Source of the DNA: Kudoa neothunni
Lineage: Eukaryota > Animalia > Cnidaria
NCBI GenBank assembly: GCA_964304625.1
Contig: OZ199839.1
Location: 3,462,724 to 3,526,723 of the forward strand
Direction of reading: 5' to 3'
DNA: 64,000 nt
The notes below the pieces were generated by a model. It was given only the letters and a program-made list of their open reading frames with translations. It did no database searches and was not told the DNA's origin. Numbering within the stretch: position 1 is the stretch's first letter; every line of letters begins with the position of its first letter. This document shows positions 27,375 to 40,400 of this stretch, in pieces. Position numbers and translations under genes: made by a program.

Positions 27375-28495
27375 GAGTGTCTCTTTCCACAACAATGGTG
27401 CATGCTCGAGGGTTATAGGATTAATTGTATTTCCATTAGTTTTGTATGTTATAAGGCGAATAACTCACAAAAATTTTTCAAACAAAATAATCATTCATTG
27501 CTTAGGGTATACCTATAGTTTTTACTTCTTTCATATTTATATTAAGTTTGAATTAATTGTTAATAACGGAATTTTCATACGAGTAGGTATAAGTTTATTC
27601 ACACAGCTGTGAAGAGGATTTAAACTCACTAAATAATTTGCCACAATCGCTTTCACTGAGTTAGTTAATGTACGCAATAATCTCTGTCACCTCTTTTTTC
27701 GTAGTTATTATTTTCATACATTTTGGTTTCGTTATGAGTTTGATTGAATTCATTACAGGTCGATTCATTATCTTCTTCGATGTACGCGTTCGGGTCAGTT
27801 GATACATCGCTGTTCATTATTATATTCTCCATATTCAGATGCAACATTATGTTTGGAGTCGGCTGAATTATTATTTATAACCCATATGAGGATCACACGT
27901 GTTTCTATACTGATCTCAAATGATTTGACCAATTTTAGTATGTGGTTACGCGGTAATTGGTGCAAAATAAAGAATGGTTGCAAAACATTGTGTCCAAATT
28001 TTTGATAACCATGGCATAGTTAATCTTAAACCGGACAAAAAAGTTGAACTTTAATGTTACTGGTAGTATGGGATTATCTGAGTTACAATCTTTAAAAAAA
28101 ATTTCTGTTGTGAAGAGATAAAACATAAAAATGTGCTTATTATTACATTATCAGCATCTTGTCAAGAATCATCGATAACTTGTTTTCCCTAATAGTAAAA
28201 TAGTCTTCCAGAGTGTTTTTACCACAAATTAATATTAATAATAAAATAAAAACTATTTATAATCAAAAACGTGTTTTAAAAATCTCGTATAATATTAAAT
28301 TCTTTCTAAGTTGCAACATTTGGTTTTAAGCGCTAGAATTGATCTTATACGTTGTTTTTACGATTAAATAAAACATAAAATGATAATATTATTGTTTAAA
28401 TTTAGTTATGCGTTTAATAACATACAAACTAATGGAAATAAAATTAATCCTATAATCCTCGCACATGCACCATTGTTGTGGGAAGAGACGCCATC
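27375..28495 (-). mobile_element. Mutator-like element (MULE), internally deleted
   Basis: ~90-bp imperfect TIRs starting GA(G/TGG)yGTCTCTT(T/C)CCACAACAATGGTGCATG; exact 9-bp TSD GTATTAAAC (27366-27374, 28496-28504); internal MFC...LHQLPRNHIL resembles a decayed SWIM finger (CxC...LPCxHIL). Confidence 0.8.
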
Positions 28496-28984
28496 GTATT
28501 AAACACAGCCTTCAAATTCATATTAGATCTATTAACGAGGAAACACTGTATCTAATGGATGTTTTTGTCTCCTTTATAATATATTCTATAGTAATGAAGG
28601 TTTGTTCATCTAATATTGTTTCCTTGTCATTATGTTTAAAATTAATATGCGTATTTACTAAAAAATAATCGATTTTCTAAGTTTATAAATTTATTTTGTT
28701 TATTAAGGAAAAATATAAAACTTATATGGATCTATACTGGATAAATGATCAGCTGTAGTGGTGCCTTCTGAATTAATAAAGCATATATGGCCAGTTGATG
28801 TAGATAAATCATGTCAATTAAATGTAAATTTAAAAACTTTCAATACACAAAACATTTTTATCAGAATTACCTTATTTAGGATTGAATTTTTGCTAGAGGG
28901 AACTGGCATAAATAAATGCTAAATGTAAATTGCAACAGAGAATAGTAAACCCCGAAACTATAGAAGTTTCGATGTAGTAGTTAG

Positions 28985-29823
28985 TCAACTGGTTGGGAAT
29001 TTTTCGATAGATTTGTAAGACTTTTTATAGTGAGGTTTAATAAACCAAAAATCGAGCATTTCGCTCGTAATATATAACAGTAGTAGGACCTAAATGGAAA
29101 ATCGTAACAAAGACTTTCTCTTTTTAAAAACTTACATTGGGGATAAAACACTGTGCAAGATTATATTTGATTGAAAGCTGACAATATTTGTATCCATGCA
29201 TGTTGCACAAGTCGGTATAACTACCATCCACATTGACCGCTGTGAACGAGCACCGATTGATATGATGAAAGGTGAACAGATACATCACAAATGCTGCCAA
29301 CGAGAGAAAAATCTGTGCTGTGGCAAAAAAGAAATGAGTTACAAAAGCAAAAAGTGATTTCATTTTGTATTTCATTTGTAGAAAAACATCCACGATTGTT
29401 ACCACCGTACAAACTGATACCAACCAAAGATAGACACAATGAAGATTTGGAAAATAAATATATTCCTTTAGGTTGACTTGAGTGATTTCGTTCGAGCAAT
29501 TCATTTTTACGTTGAAAGTTTCGGGACGCATTTTGAAAGGGAACCTTATGACAAATTTTTGTATTACTATTTCCTTGTTCTCTTTACAGAAATGGCTAAC
29601 GATTGCAGTAAATTGTTGGCTGGCTACTAACACCAATGCAGTTACACTAAACACCTAATATGTCAGTGTAAGGAGAAATATTACAAAGTTGCTTTCAGTT
29701 ATGCTATTTTAATAAAGATTACAATTTGAATCCACTTTAGGAAAACTCTCCCACGGCTAGATGATGGCATAGTAAATGTTACCTATGAAAATATTAAGAT
29801 AAATTTATGATTACGTATCCCAT
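28985..29823 (-). CDS. Divergent second synaptophysin-like MARVEL protein, 4 exons
   Basis: Spliced MGY|VTFTMPSSSRGRVFLKWIQI|VFSVTALV...FVIRFPFKM...C..|VLLLLYITSEMLDFWFIKPHY...PTS*. Same intron position after the K-x-x-Q motif, same (Y/F)PF loop and loop-Cys pattern as the 23124 gene; lacks the Tyr-rich tail. Confidence 0.7.
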
Positions 29824-31095
29824 AGGTGAAAATAACGAATCAAGATTGATTCAAACTATTTTATTCTTCAGTTTCGAGTCATTTCATTAAAATGTCCTCA
29901 GTTTATAATCGATAGTTTACTTTTTATGATGAAATTGATGAATTCTTATCGTAATAATGAATGGACCGGCACCACAAATTTTTGTTTTCTCAAGTGTATT
30001 AAACAAATCACGGGATCGGTCTATAAGCATATCTTAATTGTCATCGTATTATTTTTGAACTCATATTTTGTAAAATAATTATCCGAAATTTTATTTTAAT
30101 TAAAAGGTAAATATTTGGAGTTCAAATTTTATGAGGGTTCATTATAAAACATTTTGTAACGCGTAAAATTTAGCCTAAGTTATCAATTTTATTATTTCAC
30201 AGTTTGAAACAAAAACAAAACATTTAATATAACAAAAGGCTCACTTAAAATTCACTATGCATATAATGAAACTAAAAAATTCTCTCCTATTTTTAATCGT
30301 ATGAAATCATCTCATTCGTCGGCGCATAAAATGATATATGAATTTTAATTTTGCTAACTTTTAAGTCAGAAATCCTAGAATATTTATTCATTAAGGTAAA
30401 TGAACAAAAAACTACCAAGTAATATGAGAACTTTTAATATTCTTATCATAACCGTGGGTTAATTTTTTCCCCGAAGCAAATATGGTCGTTTCCTGTTAGG
30501 CTAATAAAGTTGAGATAATTATATTATCAGAATCTTTTAATTATCAGTATATATAGAGAATACTATAAACATTTAATTAGCGGTTTATCGAATACCCCCA
30601 TCATACTCATTAGATTTGAATCATCCCAAATGTGATGGACTTTTTTATTTACACTCAGCTATGATAATAATCATCTTCTATACAGAAAAAAATAAGTGGA
30701 TAGTGACAATGTAAATAATATCCAGGTGACACTAATTTTGGGTATAATTATTATTCATTTTTGATTCTTAAGAGCGAAGCGAAGAGTCAGGAGTTAATTA
30801 TAGTAATTATAGAAAATTAAATCTACATATAATTTGTGAGTGAGAGTCGCTGAGACTAAAATTGGGCACTGGCTATTTACACGAAAGTTTTTAATCCAAA
30901 ATGGCAACAACGCTTGCGCCTTGCCCATTTTTAATCCAGTTAACTCCTATTTATAGTCTATCTATAAAGTTCATTTTATAGAATCTATTGTATTTACCTG
31001 GATATTTTGATCCATGTCAATAACCATTCACTTAAAATCGTCATTGTGCAAGCGTATGCATGTGCTATTTAGAATTAAAATTTATCAACCTTTAA

Positions 31096-32786
31096 CCCTC
31101 CAAGCATGTCAAAAACGACTATACCACCAAGCAATTTTGGGGCCCAGAAGGACCTCATATTTTTATTGCTTATTTTGATATACAATATTATGAAATATAA
31201 TTGTATTCTTTCAAAAAGTTTTTTACACAAGCGATAACGAAATAATTATAATTTACTTGTGTGGCGATATTAGTCGATGTCTTCCGAACACTTATTTATT
31301 AAATTTACATATTTAAATATTAATAAAATTATATTTCAATATACTGTACGATCTTTTCACAACATTATCAAGATACTGAAAGGATAATGCAATTTGCCAA
31401 GATTCTAATAATATCTGAAAATATATACGTTCACTTCTAATAACATGATACGGATTTTACCGGTTCATATAATTTTTTAATAATATTTGTTGAAATGATA
31501 TAAAATACAATATTACCTAACTGATATTCATAAAAAAATTTGGCATATCTACTATCTACTGTTGCGAGATCGCCTAGAGGCCAATCACTCATAATAAAAC
31601 ATGGATTAATAATTAAAAATATAATTTGTAACAAAATAAATTTTACTGGCCATTATTTGTTTCCGTTTGTAACAAATAATTCTCGAATGTTTGTTGCAAC
31701 GATGTTCGGAGAAATTATAACATTTGTTCTTTATTTTTATATCAAAGAATCGAGCGCATAAAATACATCTTTTTTCATCATGGACGGAAGATTACCCACC
31801 GTATCTACCCAACCTTTGTTTTGTTATTATCGATGATAACTTGGGGATTTTTTGTCTGATCATGGCATAGATTAACATTGTTTGGGGACGTCGCCAATAA
31901 AATGACTGCGTTGTCCTTTTTAGGAAAATTGAACCAAAAAACTCCCTCTATTCCTTAGTTTTAAGAATTAGTGAGATATCCCATTTATTACGCTGTATAA
32001 TCTCCAGACGGGTTAAACCTCGGTTAAGAAGTTTGTTTGCCAACGGAATTAAAAGGGAAAAATTATCGCAAAAATTTTTTACTGACCTTTTCGTCAACAC
32101 ATTTAGTAATCTGGTCATTATTTCTTCCTAGATAAACGAAAATATTACGTGTATAATTGGTATGATGGTCAATTAAAAGAAAAAAATTTAATGTCATAAA
32201 CCGCAAGTTTGGTGGGAATATACTGCGTAAAGGGTCGCCCGCCTCCCAATGAAACTAATTGTTCATCAACAGTAAGATGAGCAGAGGGAATTAGACACAT
32301 CAGCAAAATACTTTTCCACCTATTGAAAACTTTGGTTTCCGGGAAAAACTTATCGACTTCTCACTGCAAACTCTTGTCTCGCAGTCATCAAAATGTACAT
32401 TTCTGTTTATTTGGATGAATCCATAAGCAGCATGATTCTACGAAACACATGATATCCTTTATCTAAGCTCCGCAATTTCTTAGGAGACTCCATTTTAGAT
32501 TTAAAGATTGATGTGTATTTAAGAACCTCTATGTATGGTTTAAATTCCATTATATTTATATTTTCCATTTGCACCCGTAATGAAAAGCACCAAATTTATT
32601 GTTGTAAGTATTTGATATAAAATCCTAGGAAACAAAAAATTCTTATTTTTAAAATTAAATTATGAATATATGGAAACTTTTAAAAGAATAATCATTGGAT
32701 TCAGAAAATTTAACGTTTTCTGTGAGCAGTGAATTGTGGTGAAAATCGGCCTGAGGTCCATTTGGACCCCAAAAATGCTTGGAGGT
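31096..32786 (-). mobile_element. piggyBac with decayed transposase
   Basis: TTAA|CCCTCCAAGCAT ... ATGCTTGGAGGT|TTAA; minus strand HLTVDEQLVSLGGGRPFTQYIPTK and NPQVIIDNNKTK/GWVDTV. Confidence 0.88.
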
Positions 32787-34486
32787 TTAAAAGGAGTATT
32801 GATTAAAATTTTAAAAAATAATAAAGACTTATTTTATCATTAATATATTAAGTTCTTTAGTTATTATTATGTTTTTAAAACATTTTTAATAATGCTTTGT
32901 TTTAAAGTTATATTACTCGATAATTTATGGTAGCTTTACACATTACGTTATAGATAATCTTCTCTATATTTTTTATATCGCCTATAAATTATTTAAATGC
33001 ATAATTCAATTAATTTAAATTTTTTTGGTCTTTACATTTTTTCTGCCAACTTATTTTATGATACGATGAAAGTTAACCTTTTTATCATAAAAATTTTATC
33101 GTTAAGTTTTATAATGAAAATATGGTCATTCTTTTTACTTTACTGCTCTTAATACAGGTAAAAAATTATAATAATTAATTTTTCAATAATAATTTTTTTA
33201 GAGAGCTAATTTCACAACATAAAAAAGTATGATAAATTTAGATTTCGACGCTATAACATTATCTGGTTAAGACGTAGAATGGTGGCCGCATTTTCCGATT
33301 AAAGATTATAATTAGTTCTCACATTAATCCTACATATTTTAAATTAAAATAATGTGATATTTGTTGAGCATTTAATGATGGGAATGACTGAATTAATTAT
33401 AATATATTTTTATGATATTAATGTTATGCATTTACTACAATTAATTAGCCAATGTATGCATAAAATACAGATTTTTTTTTCTTATAGACATAGAATTAAT
33501 ACTAGGCAATTGCTAAGGATGAAATATAACAATCGATAAAAAATCATGGTTGTCACAATCAAATTTTAGAATAAATAAAGCGAGCTTTACTCGAACCGGC
33601 TTAATTAGCGGTACAGTCTGTTGAAATAATCGCGAGGAGCTAGAAGTACAACATATAATAGACTAAATAAACTATTATTGTGATGACAAATAACTGTTGC
33701 CTAAGTTACCCTACTGGAGAAGTGAAATTGATAAATACTCAATAATAAAATATTCAACAGGTTTGTTTTTGTCCGGTGTGGCTGGTTTGGATTACGGCCA
33801 CTATTCTACATTTTAACCCATTATCTCTATGTGATACGCTTGCCTTATTTTTTCACGTACGGTCCACAAAAATTTGTCCAACTTTTTTATATATTTTTAC
33901 AAGTAATTATTATGTTCAAAAGTTAATATGCTATAATGTGTGTAATCTCTACATATAAACTTCTGTGTTCATTAAAAGGGTTATGCATTATTTGAGTGAT
34001 TTTACTGACTGCTCAATGTAGAATATTCCCAATACCAAACATTACTAGAAAGTTCGCGCTAGTTTACTTATACAATAGATGTAGATGTACATTGTTACAA
34101 CTCATTCCTGGAACAATTCGGATGATCCACTAAGTCTCGAAATTTTGAGCATCAAGAATACTCGATACTCGCATTGTTAAACTCCTAATATTGAGAGTGA
34201 GGTATTAAACAATTCAGAATTCGGTAAAATATAAGTTTATTGAAACTAATTTATCCTATCATATCCAATATTTCTATACTGAGCTCGAATAATCAATAAA
34301 ATACTCCCGATTGGAAGTTGGGATCCCCTGACTTAGAACCTTGATATTAAATTAAGGAATTCAGTCATCAAATACCGCATAACTGAATTACAAGTCTAAA
34401 TTTAAAATTGGGCCCAGAAAATATACACAAAAACATTGAAAAATACTAACTACAAATAAACGAGTCGATTAGAACTCAACAAACAA

Positions 34487-37400
34487 TTATTGGGCCAATT
34501 TCTTGTTGAGTCGCGCTTGATACACATCACTCATTACGACATTAATGGAATCGGAGTTGTTATTTCCATTAGACGAAAGAGGTTGAAGGTTGATTCTTTT
34601 GGTGAAGGTGTGTTGGGCGGGATTATTGGGATCACTGGAAATAAATCGGTCCTGATTGAGGTTGGCAGAGTTGATATTCTCAATGTATGTGAATAGCAGT
34701 GGAATATCGAGATGAATTTTTTTCTAAGTTTCAAATAATTTTGAAATGGAAGGAAATAAAATCAAAGTATACGCAAGAATGATTGTCAAATGGAGGTAGC
34801 AAACTTAAAAGTTCATGTACGATAGGTTGCGCATCGAAGAGACCACCAGGAACAACGTGTGGAGTCACTTATAAATTATACAGAATAAAATTAACAATAA
34901 ATTCGGTGATTTATAGATTGTTAAACTTACGGAAGGGAGGTCTTGAACTTGAGTGGATTGGTTTGAAAGGTCGCATTTGGCTTAAATCAGGCAAGATCGC
35001 TAGCTCAGAATTTTTTATCGTGTAAGAGGTTCCACTTTGAAAATTTTTATTGGAACCATCTTTTTGACTGATTGAAGGATTAGAGTTGAACAGAGAAATT
35101 GAGTGATCAGTATTCTAGACAGACAACCACGACAAAGTAAGGTCAATTTCACTTCAAATTATCTCCAAAAAAACTACCCCGAAAATGGAGACACGCATAC
35201 TATTGTGACAGTATTTATTTGACATTATTCCTTTGAGGAAAAATTTATCAACAACCTACGAGAAGACGTCACCTATTGTGGTTATTGAAAAAATTAATCG
35301 TAACCACTTTATTGTCGAAAAAATCAATGATTCGATTCTCAATGTGTTCCACACTTAATATATCTCCAGTGGAGGCAACATAACGATGGTAGCTCAAAAG
35401 AACCAATCTAGAATGGGTAGAAATTTAAGAAATATATAGACGAAGCACTAAAAAATTACGCCATATCTTTTTCACTGCAAAAATTGAGAATTCGTTCAAA
35501 GATAAGACGGATATTGAACATATCTGAATGGTGTGAATGAAAATAACGACTAAATTGAATACCTGATAATTGAGTCAAATGAAATAGAAATGATTCGATA
35601 AATTGTTGATTTTTTCCGAAACGCTAACAACAAAAATTACATTTCCATTAAAAACTATTATAATTTTCATCAAATATTTAACATTCCATCGACTTTTAAT
35701 ACAACGAAAAAATGAAACCAATTAGTTTATAAATATATTTTCTAAATTATACCAGATAATAAGCAAATATATTGACGAATATTTAAAGTTTACATAAGGA
35801 TTGTTATTAGCAATCACTAAACTAACCAACTTAATTAATTAATTAATTAATTAACTGACTGATTAACTAACAAACAAACAATCTAACTAAATGAATAAAT
35901 ACACACATAATAATTATCTTAAAATGTTGATAAAAGCTATTTTTGAGTAATGAAAATTTTTTCAGATGGCGTAAGTTCCAACTAAACATTGTTTGACAAT
36001 AAATGAATATAGTCCAAATTATGCTTCCTTAAATATTATTATTTACTAAACCAACCATTTTCTTAAAAATGACGAGGCTTGCCTACCACATTTTTAATAA
36101 AATGAATGGATCAAAAAATTATCATGTTTGATTTCAAAAACAGTATTTTTGTATATATTTTAAAAAATTTAACCAATAAAACACCAAATTATATACTAGC
36201 TAACGACAATAGATAATTAATGTTATGCAAGCTTCTTGAGAATGCGAAAAATTGTGTAAAGTTTCTCACGCTCAATTTTACTCAATTTTTGACGCGTACA
36301 CACAGTAATAAACATAATTATATAATATACTTAAATTATAAAAATCAAGGTAAAAAATAATTCTTTTAAAATTATAATAATTAGTTATTTCATTTAAAGG
36401 AAAGATTTAATCCCTTTTAATAAGATATTCTCTATAAAAAGTAATCGGTGCTCTCTCAAACATATCAAAAATTTGAGTTTGGCTTTTTAAACCGACATTA
36501 AAGGTGGATACGGATCAAAGGATAAGCTAAAGTTCTTTAACCCTCTAAGGCAGGGGTTCTCAACCGGTTTTTCTAACATACCCCTGAACCTGATGAAACA
36601 TCAAAATTTTATCCCTTAACTTAGAAGCCAAATTCATATTTACCTTAAGGTTTTTTACTGGGGTAACTATAGCAGAGGTTATTTGAGGGGTAGACTCTGG
36701 TCCTAAAAAGCACGTATGCTTGCCTAATGACCATTTTTAATCCCATCAACTCGTCCACAAGCTATATACAGATTTTATTCTTTAGATTTTGCTAAATCAG
36801 ATTAATTCTTTCCCAATCCTTCGCTCTTAGGGACTAGAAATAATTAAAAATAGTCAATTTAAGTATTATTATAAGGTTTCTCAATTGAACGCGGCACATT
36901 TTTGGATACGACCAAAATTCATACTTAAACGTTAAAATCTCTATAAATAAAATGTTTTTATGATTTTTATTTTAAAGACAAAACCCAATGGAAAACTTAT
37001 ATACTTACATTTTATGATTAAATTCATTTCGAGTACCTAGAAAAGTTTTTACTTATAGTCTATGATAGGTCCGACATACGTATTCTTATTCAAATTTTGT
37101 TCTTAGAGACAATATAGCATAAAATGAGCCGATTTTACATTAATACAAAGTGTAGGAATAAAAGATATCTTTAACAAAATAGGTTGGTAAATGCGAAGCG
37201 AAAACATAAAAGAATATAAAAAATTGAATGGTTTCCTTGTTATCCCAGAAAATGGGATTGGAAACAGAATTCTCTCATTCTATCTATCATATGTGGTGGA
37301 AACCAACCAAGTTCATTTGTTTTTGATAAGGTTGAGGTTAAGCAAAGAAATTATTCTAGAATATGACCTATACAAATATTAAATTTAACGTTTTTTATTT

Positions 37401-40400
37401 CATTCTTTTAATAAGGTCAGAAATTTGTTAATAATTTTGTTCATTACCAACACTTATTTTTAACCTAGGTGATACATGGATGATAATATTTAATTTATAG
37501 AATAATATTGAACGAAAAAGAATAATTGGTGAGTATAAAACCTAATTTTTGAAAAAAAATAATTCCGTCATATAAAGTAGTTTCATCATAAGATGTTACG
37601 ATAAATCAAAAATATACACAAATTTTAAAATTATTCTTGGTTGAAAATTAATATTATAGTAGTTTGAAAAGGAATTTATCGTTTAAAGATGAATTTTGGT
37701 CAGATCCAAACGTATGCCGCGTTAAAATGCAAACCTGTCGAGTTCAATTGCAAGCGCGCCGAGTTTAATCGAGAAACCCTATATTATTAGGCTACACCTC
37801 TAAAAGATAAATGAGGCATAAAAAAGGATACTGATAATAGTTTTATAGCTGTTAAAAACTTATTCCTGAAAACATTTTAAGACTTTTTCTCGAATTCCTA
37901 TTGAGTTTAATAGTCCTGAATAATATAATTCCTTAAAAATTCGAAAGTACGTCACAAATCCATAATGCAAAAATTCTCTCTATTTAATTTTGATGTTATT
38001 TGATTTACTCCTTGTCATTCAAATTTTACCCCCGGTTGAGAACCCCTGCTCTACGGACTTTGGGGTCTTTTGGACCCCAAACCGTAATGAATTTACCCAG
38101 CATTACGTATGTAATAATCAGAAATTAGTAAAATTCTATATAATCTCCTAACTTACAATATTGTTCATTGCCTGAAAATTTTAATCAGAGTTAATAAAAA
38201 TTAGGTGTAGAAAAAAATTATCCTCAAGTACTTTTGGGGTCCTATGGACCCCAAGACGTTTTATGGTCAATATGCTTTAAAAATAAATAAAAATGTAGCT
38301 ATACGAGTATTATTTAATTTAGTCACACAGGGATATAGAAATATGTAATATAATTAATAAATTAATGTTTATTTCTCGTAAGGATTTTATTATTCGCACG
38401 TGACCGTTATTTAAAAAAATATGATAAAGTTTCATTTACACATAAAGAATAAATTTAGAGAATCATATAAAGCAAATATAATCCATTTGAATAACTTTAA
38501 TTAAATTCAGCCCTCTTAGAAATGAAATCTTCCAAAAAATTGATATATTTGATTATTTATCCACAAATCACGTCTGTGAAAAAGATGAAGGCGATCTAAC
38601 ATTCTTTTAACGTGCTGAATACAATATGAAGTAAGGGCAAGCGGGTTTTTCATTATATTTGTTGCACCCATTCTGGATATTATCGGTTTACTGAAACTCC
38701 ACATAATACCACTTTTACTGATTATTGGGTCTTCAGTATTTCTACATTCTACCCATTCAATGAACGTTTCAGATGATGCCTGTAGGTTTCTTCTAATTTA
38801 CTTCTCAAAGACTGAAATTTATCAAGACATTCATTAGTTTCACTCATTTTTTGTGCAGGTAAAGCGGGTCCGCGTGGGATTATTTAAGCAGAAGTAACAA
38901 TAAGATCTTGAACAATAATTTAAAATATTACTCATTATGTTGAATTACTTGAATTTCTTATTTATCAAAAATTTAGTCGACAGAAATTTTTTAAACTAAA
39001 TAAAATAATATATCTACATTTATTAATTTAATCCTTCAAATAAAAAACTGGGGTCTCTTGTACCCCCAAAGTCCTTGGAGGGTGGTCGTTTTTGCTGACC
39101 TTAGAAGGGGTTAAAGAGCATATTCGATATTTGTTAGGATGATATTCCGGAAGTATTATATCATTCTTCAATATTTATTTTAATGAATTTAATTTTATTG
39201 CCCATTAATCTAATTGCTAAATTTCTTTAAAAAATATGTCCAAAAAAATCCCGTGGAAAACATATTCGCGTGATACAAATTGTGGGACTCCTTTAACGTT
39301 ATTTTTTAAATCAAAATTTTTCAATAATGTATCTTAAGAAATAGTATATAAAAATATATTTAAACCTTAAATTAAGTAAAATATTCACAAAAGAAACACA
39401 AAGAAAAGTATTTCTATACAGTGTGACTCTTTAAAAAACGTTAGCTTTATTTATAAGACTCATCAAGCGAATTATTTCCACTCAATGTGACTGCAAAAAA
39501 TGCTTACTTTACATAAAATTACTTTCATTTTAATAAAAAATTTAATCCACCCCATGAACTAAAACTAAACCACGCATTAAAAATTCTACTTCAAGAACAC
39601 AAATTAGTCGATGCAATAAGTAAAATTAACATTCATTACACACGCCACGAATTTAAACAAATATTAAGAAACTAAAAAACTGGATAGTTCTTAGAAAATT
39701 GGATTTAATTCTAGAGATGGGTTAAATGAGGTTTGGATTTGAAACACCCCACCAATAAACATCGATAGATTCTATTATGAATAAAAAACAATTTAAAGTA
39801 CTTTGAGAGCAATATTGTAAATTTTTAGGGAGACGCCTGAAGTGATATCTTCATAATATTCCATATTAGCTGCACACACAAAAACCTACGTATACATCGA
39901 TATACATTAAATTTGGGCAGTAATGATAAACCTCATGTGTGATATTCGGATCTTGTCTAGCTCTGGTGAAAATCGCTCGTGCTTCATTAATGCCATATAC
40001 CGCTTTGCAATGTTTCATATAGTTGATATAGACCTATCACAAAGAGGGTTGTAAATACGAGTGATTGTGTTGATACAATTCAACACAAAATCAAAAAGCG
40101 ATTGATTCTCACCAAAGAATGATCGATATCTGGAATCTTTAGTAGTTTTTCGTAGGTTTGATCAGCCACATCGTTATTGTTACAATTCTACGTAGTTGTC
40201 AATAGAGACAATTCAACCAAATTAAAGTCAAATCTCAGATTACCCGTTCAAATTCGGCATAAGAAAAATTGACCAAATAATCAAAACACATAGGTTTATT
40301 CTCAGAAATAGCCATCAGATAAAGTTTACGAGTCTGCTCTTTCAACACATTACCAGCCAGTTTATCCTACACCAATCGATATCGCACAAAATTCTGACGT

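Noticed and set aside
27665-28126. Short ORFs inside the long-TIR element as Pack-MULE captured genes, or the element as Transib/RAG-like (CACAACAATG)
   Set aside because: The TIRs extend beyond the CAC motif to a 9-bp TSD, and the internal peptide resembles a decayed MULE SWIM finger, so an ordinary deleted MULE is the simpler explanation.
33990-34330. Solo Helitron 3' ends (CTAG at ~5104 and ~34062) and solo hAT-like ends (~34330, ~44172, ~51322)
   Set aside because: Probably real remnants, but matching opposite ends or TSDs could not be identified, so they are not called as elements.
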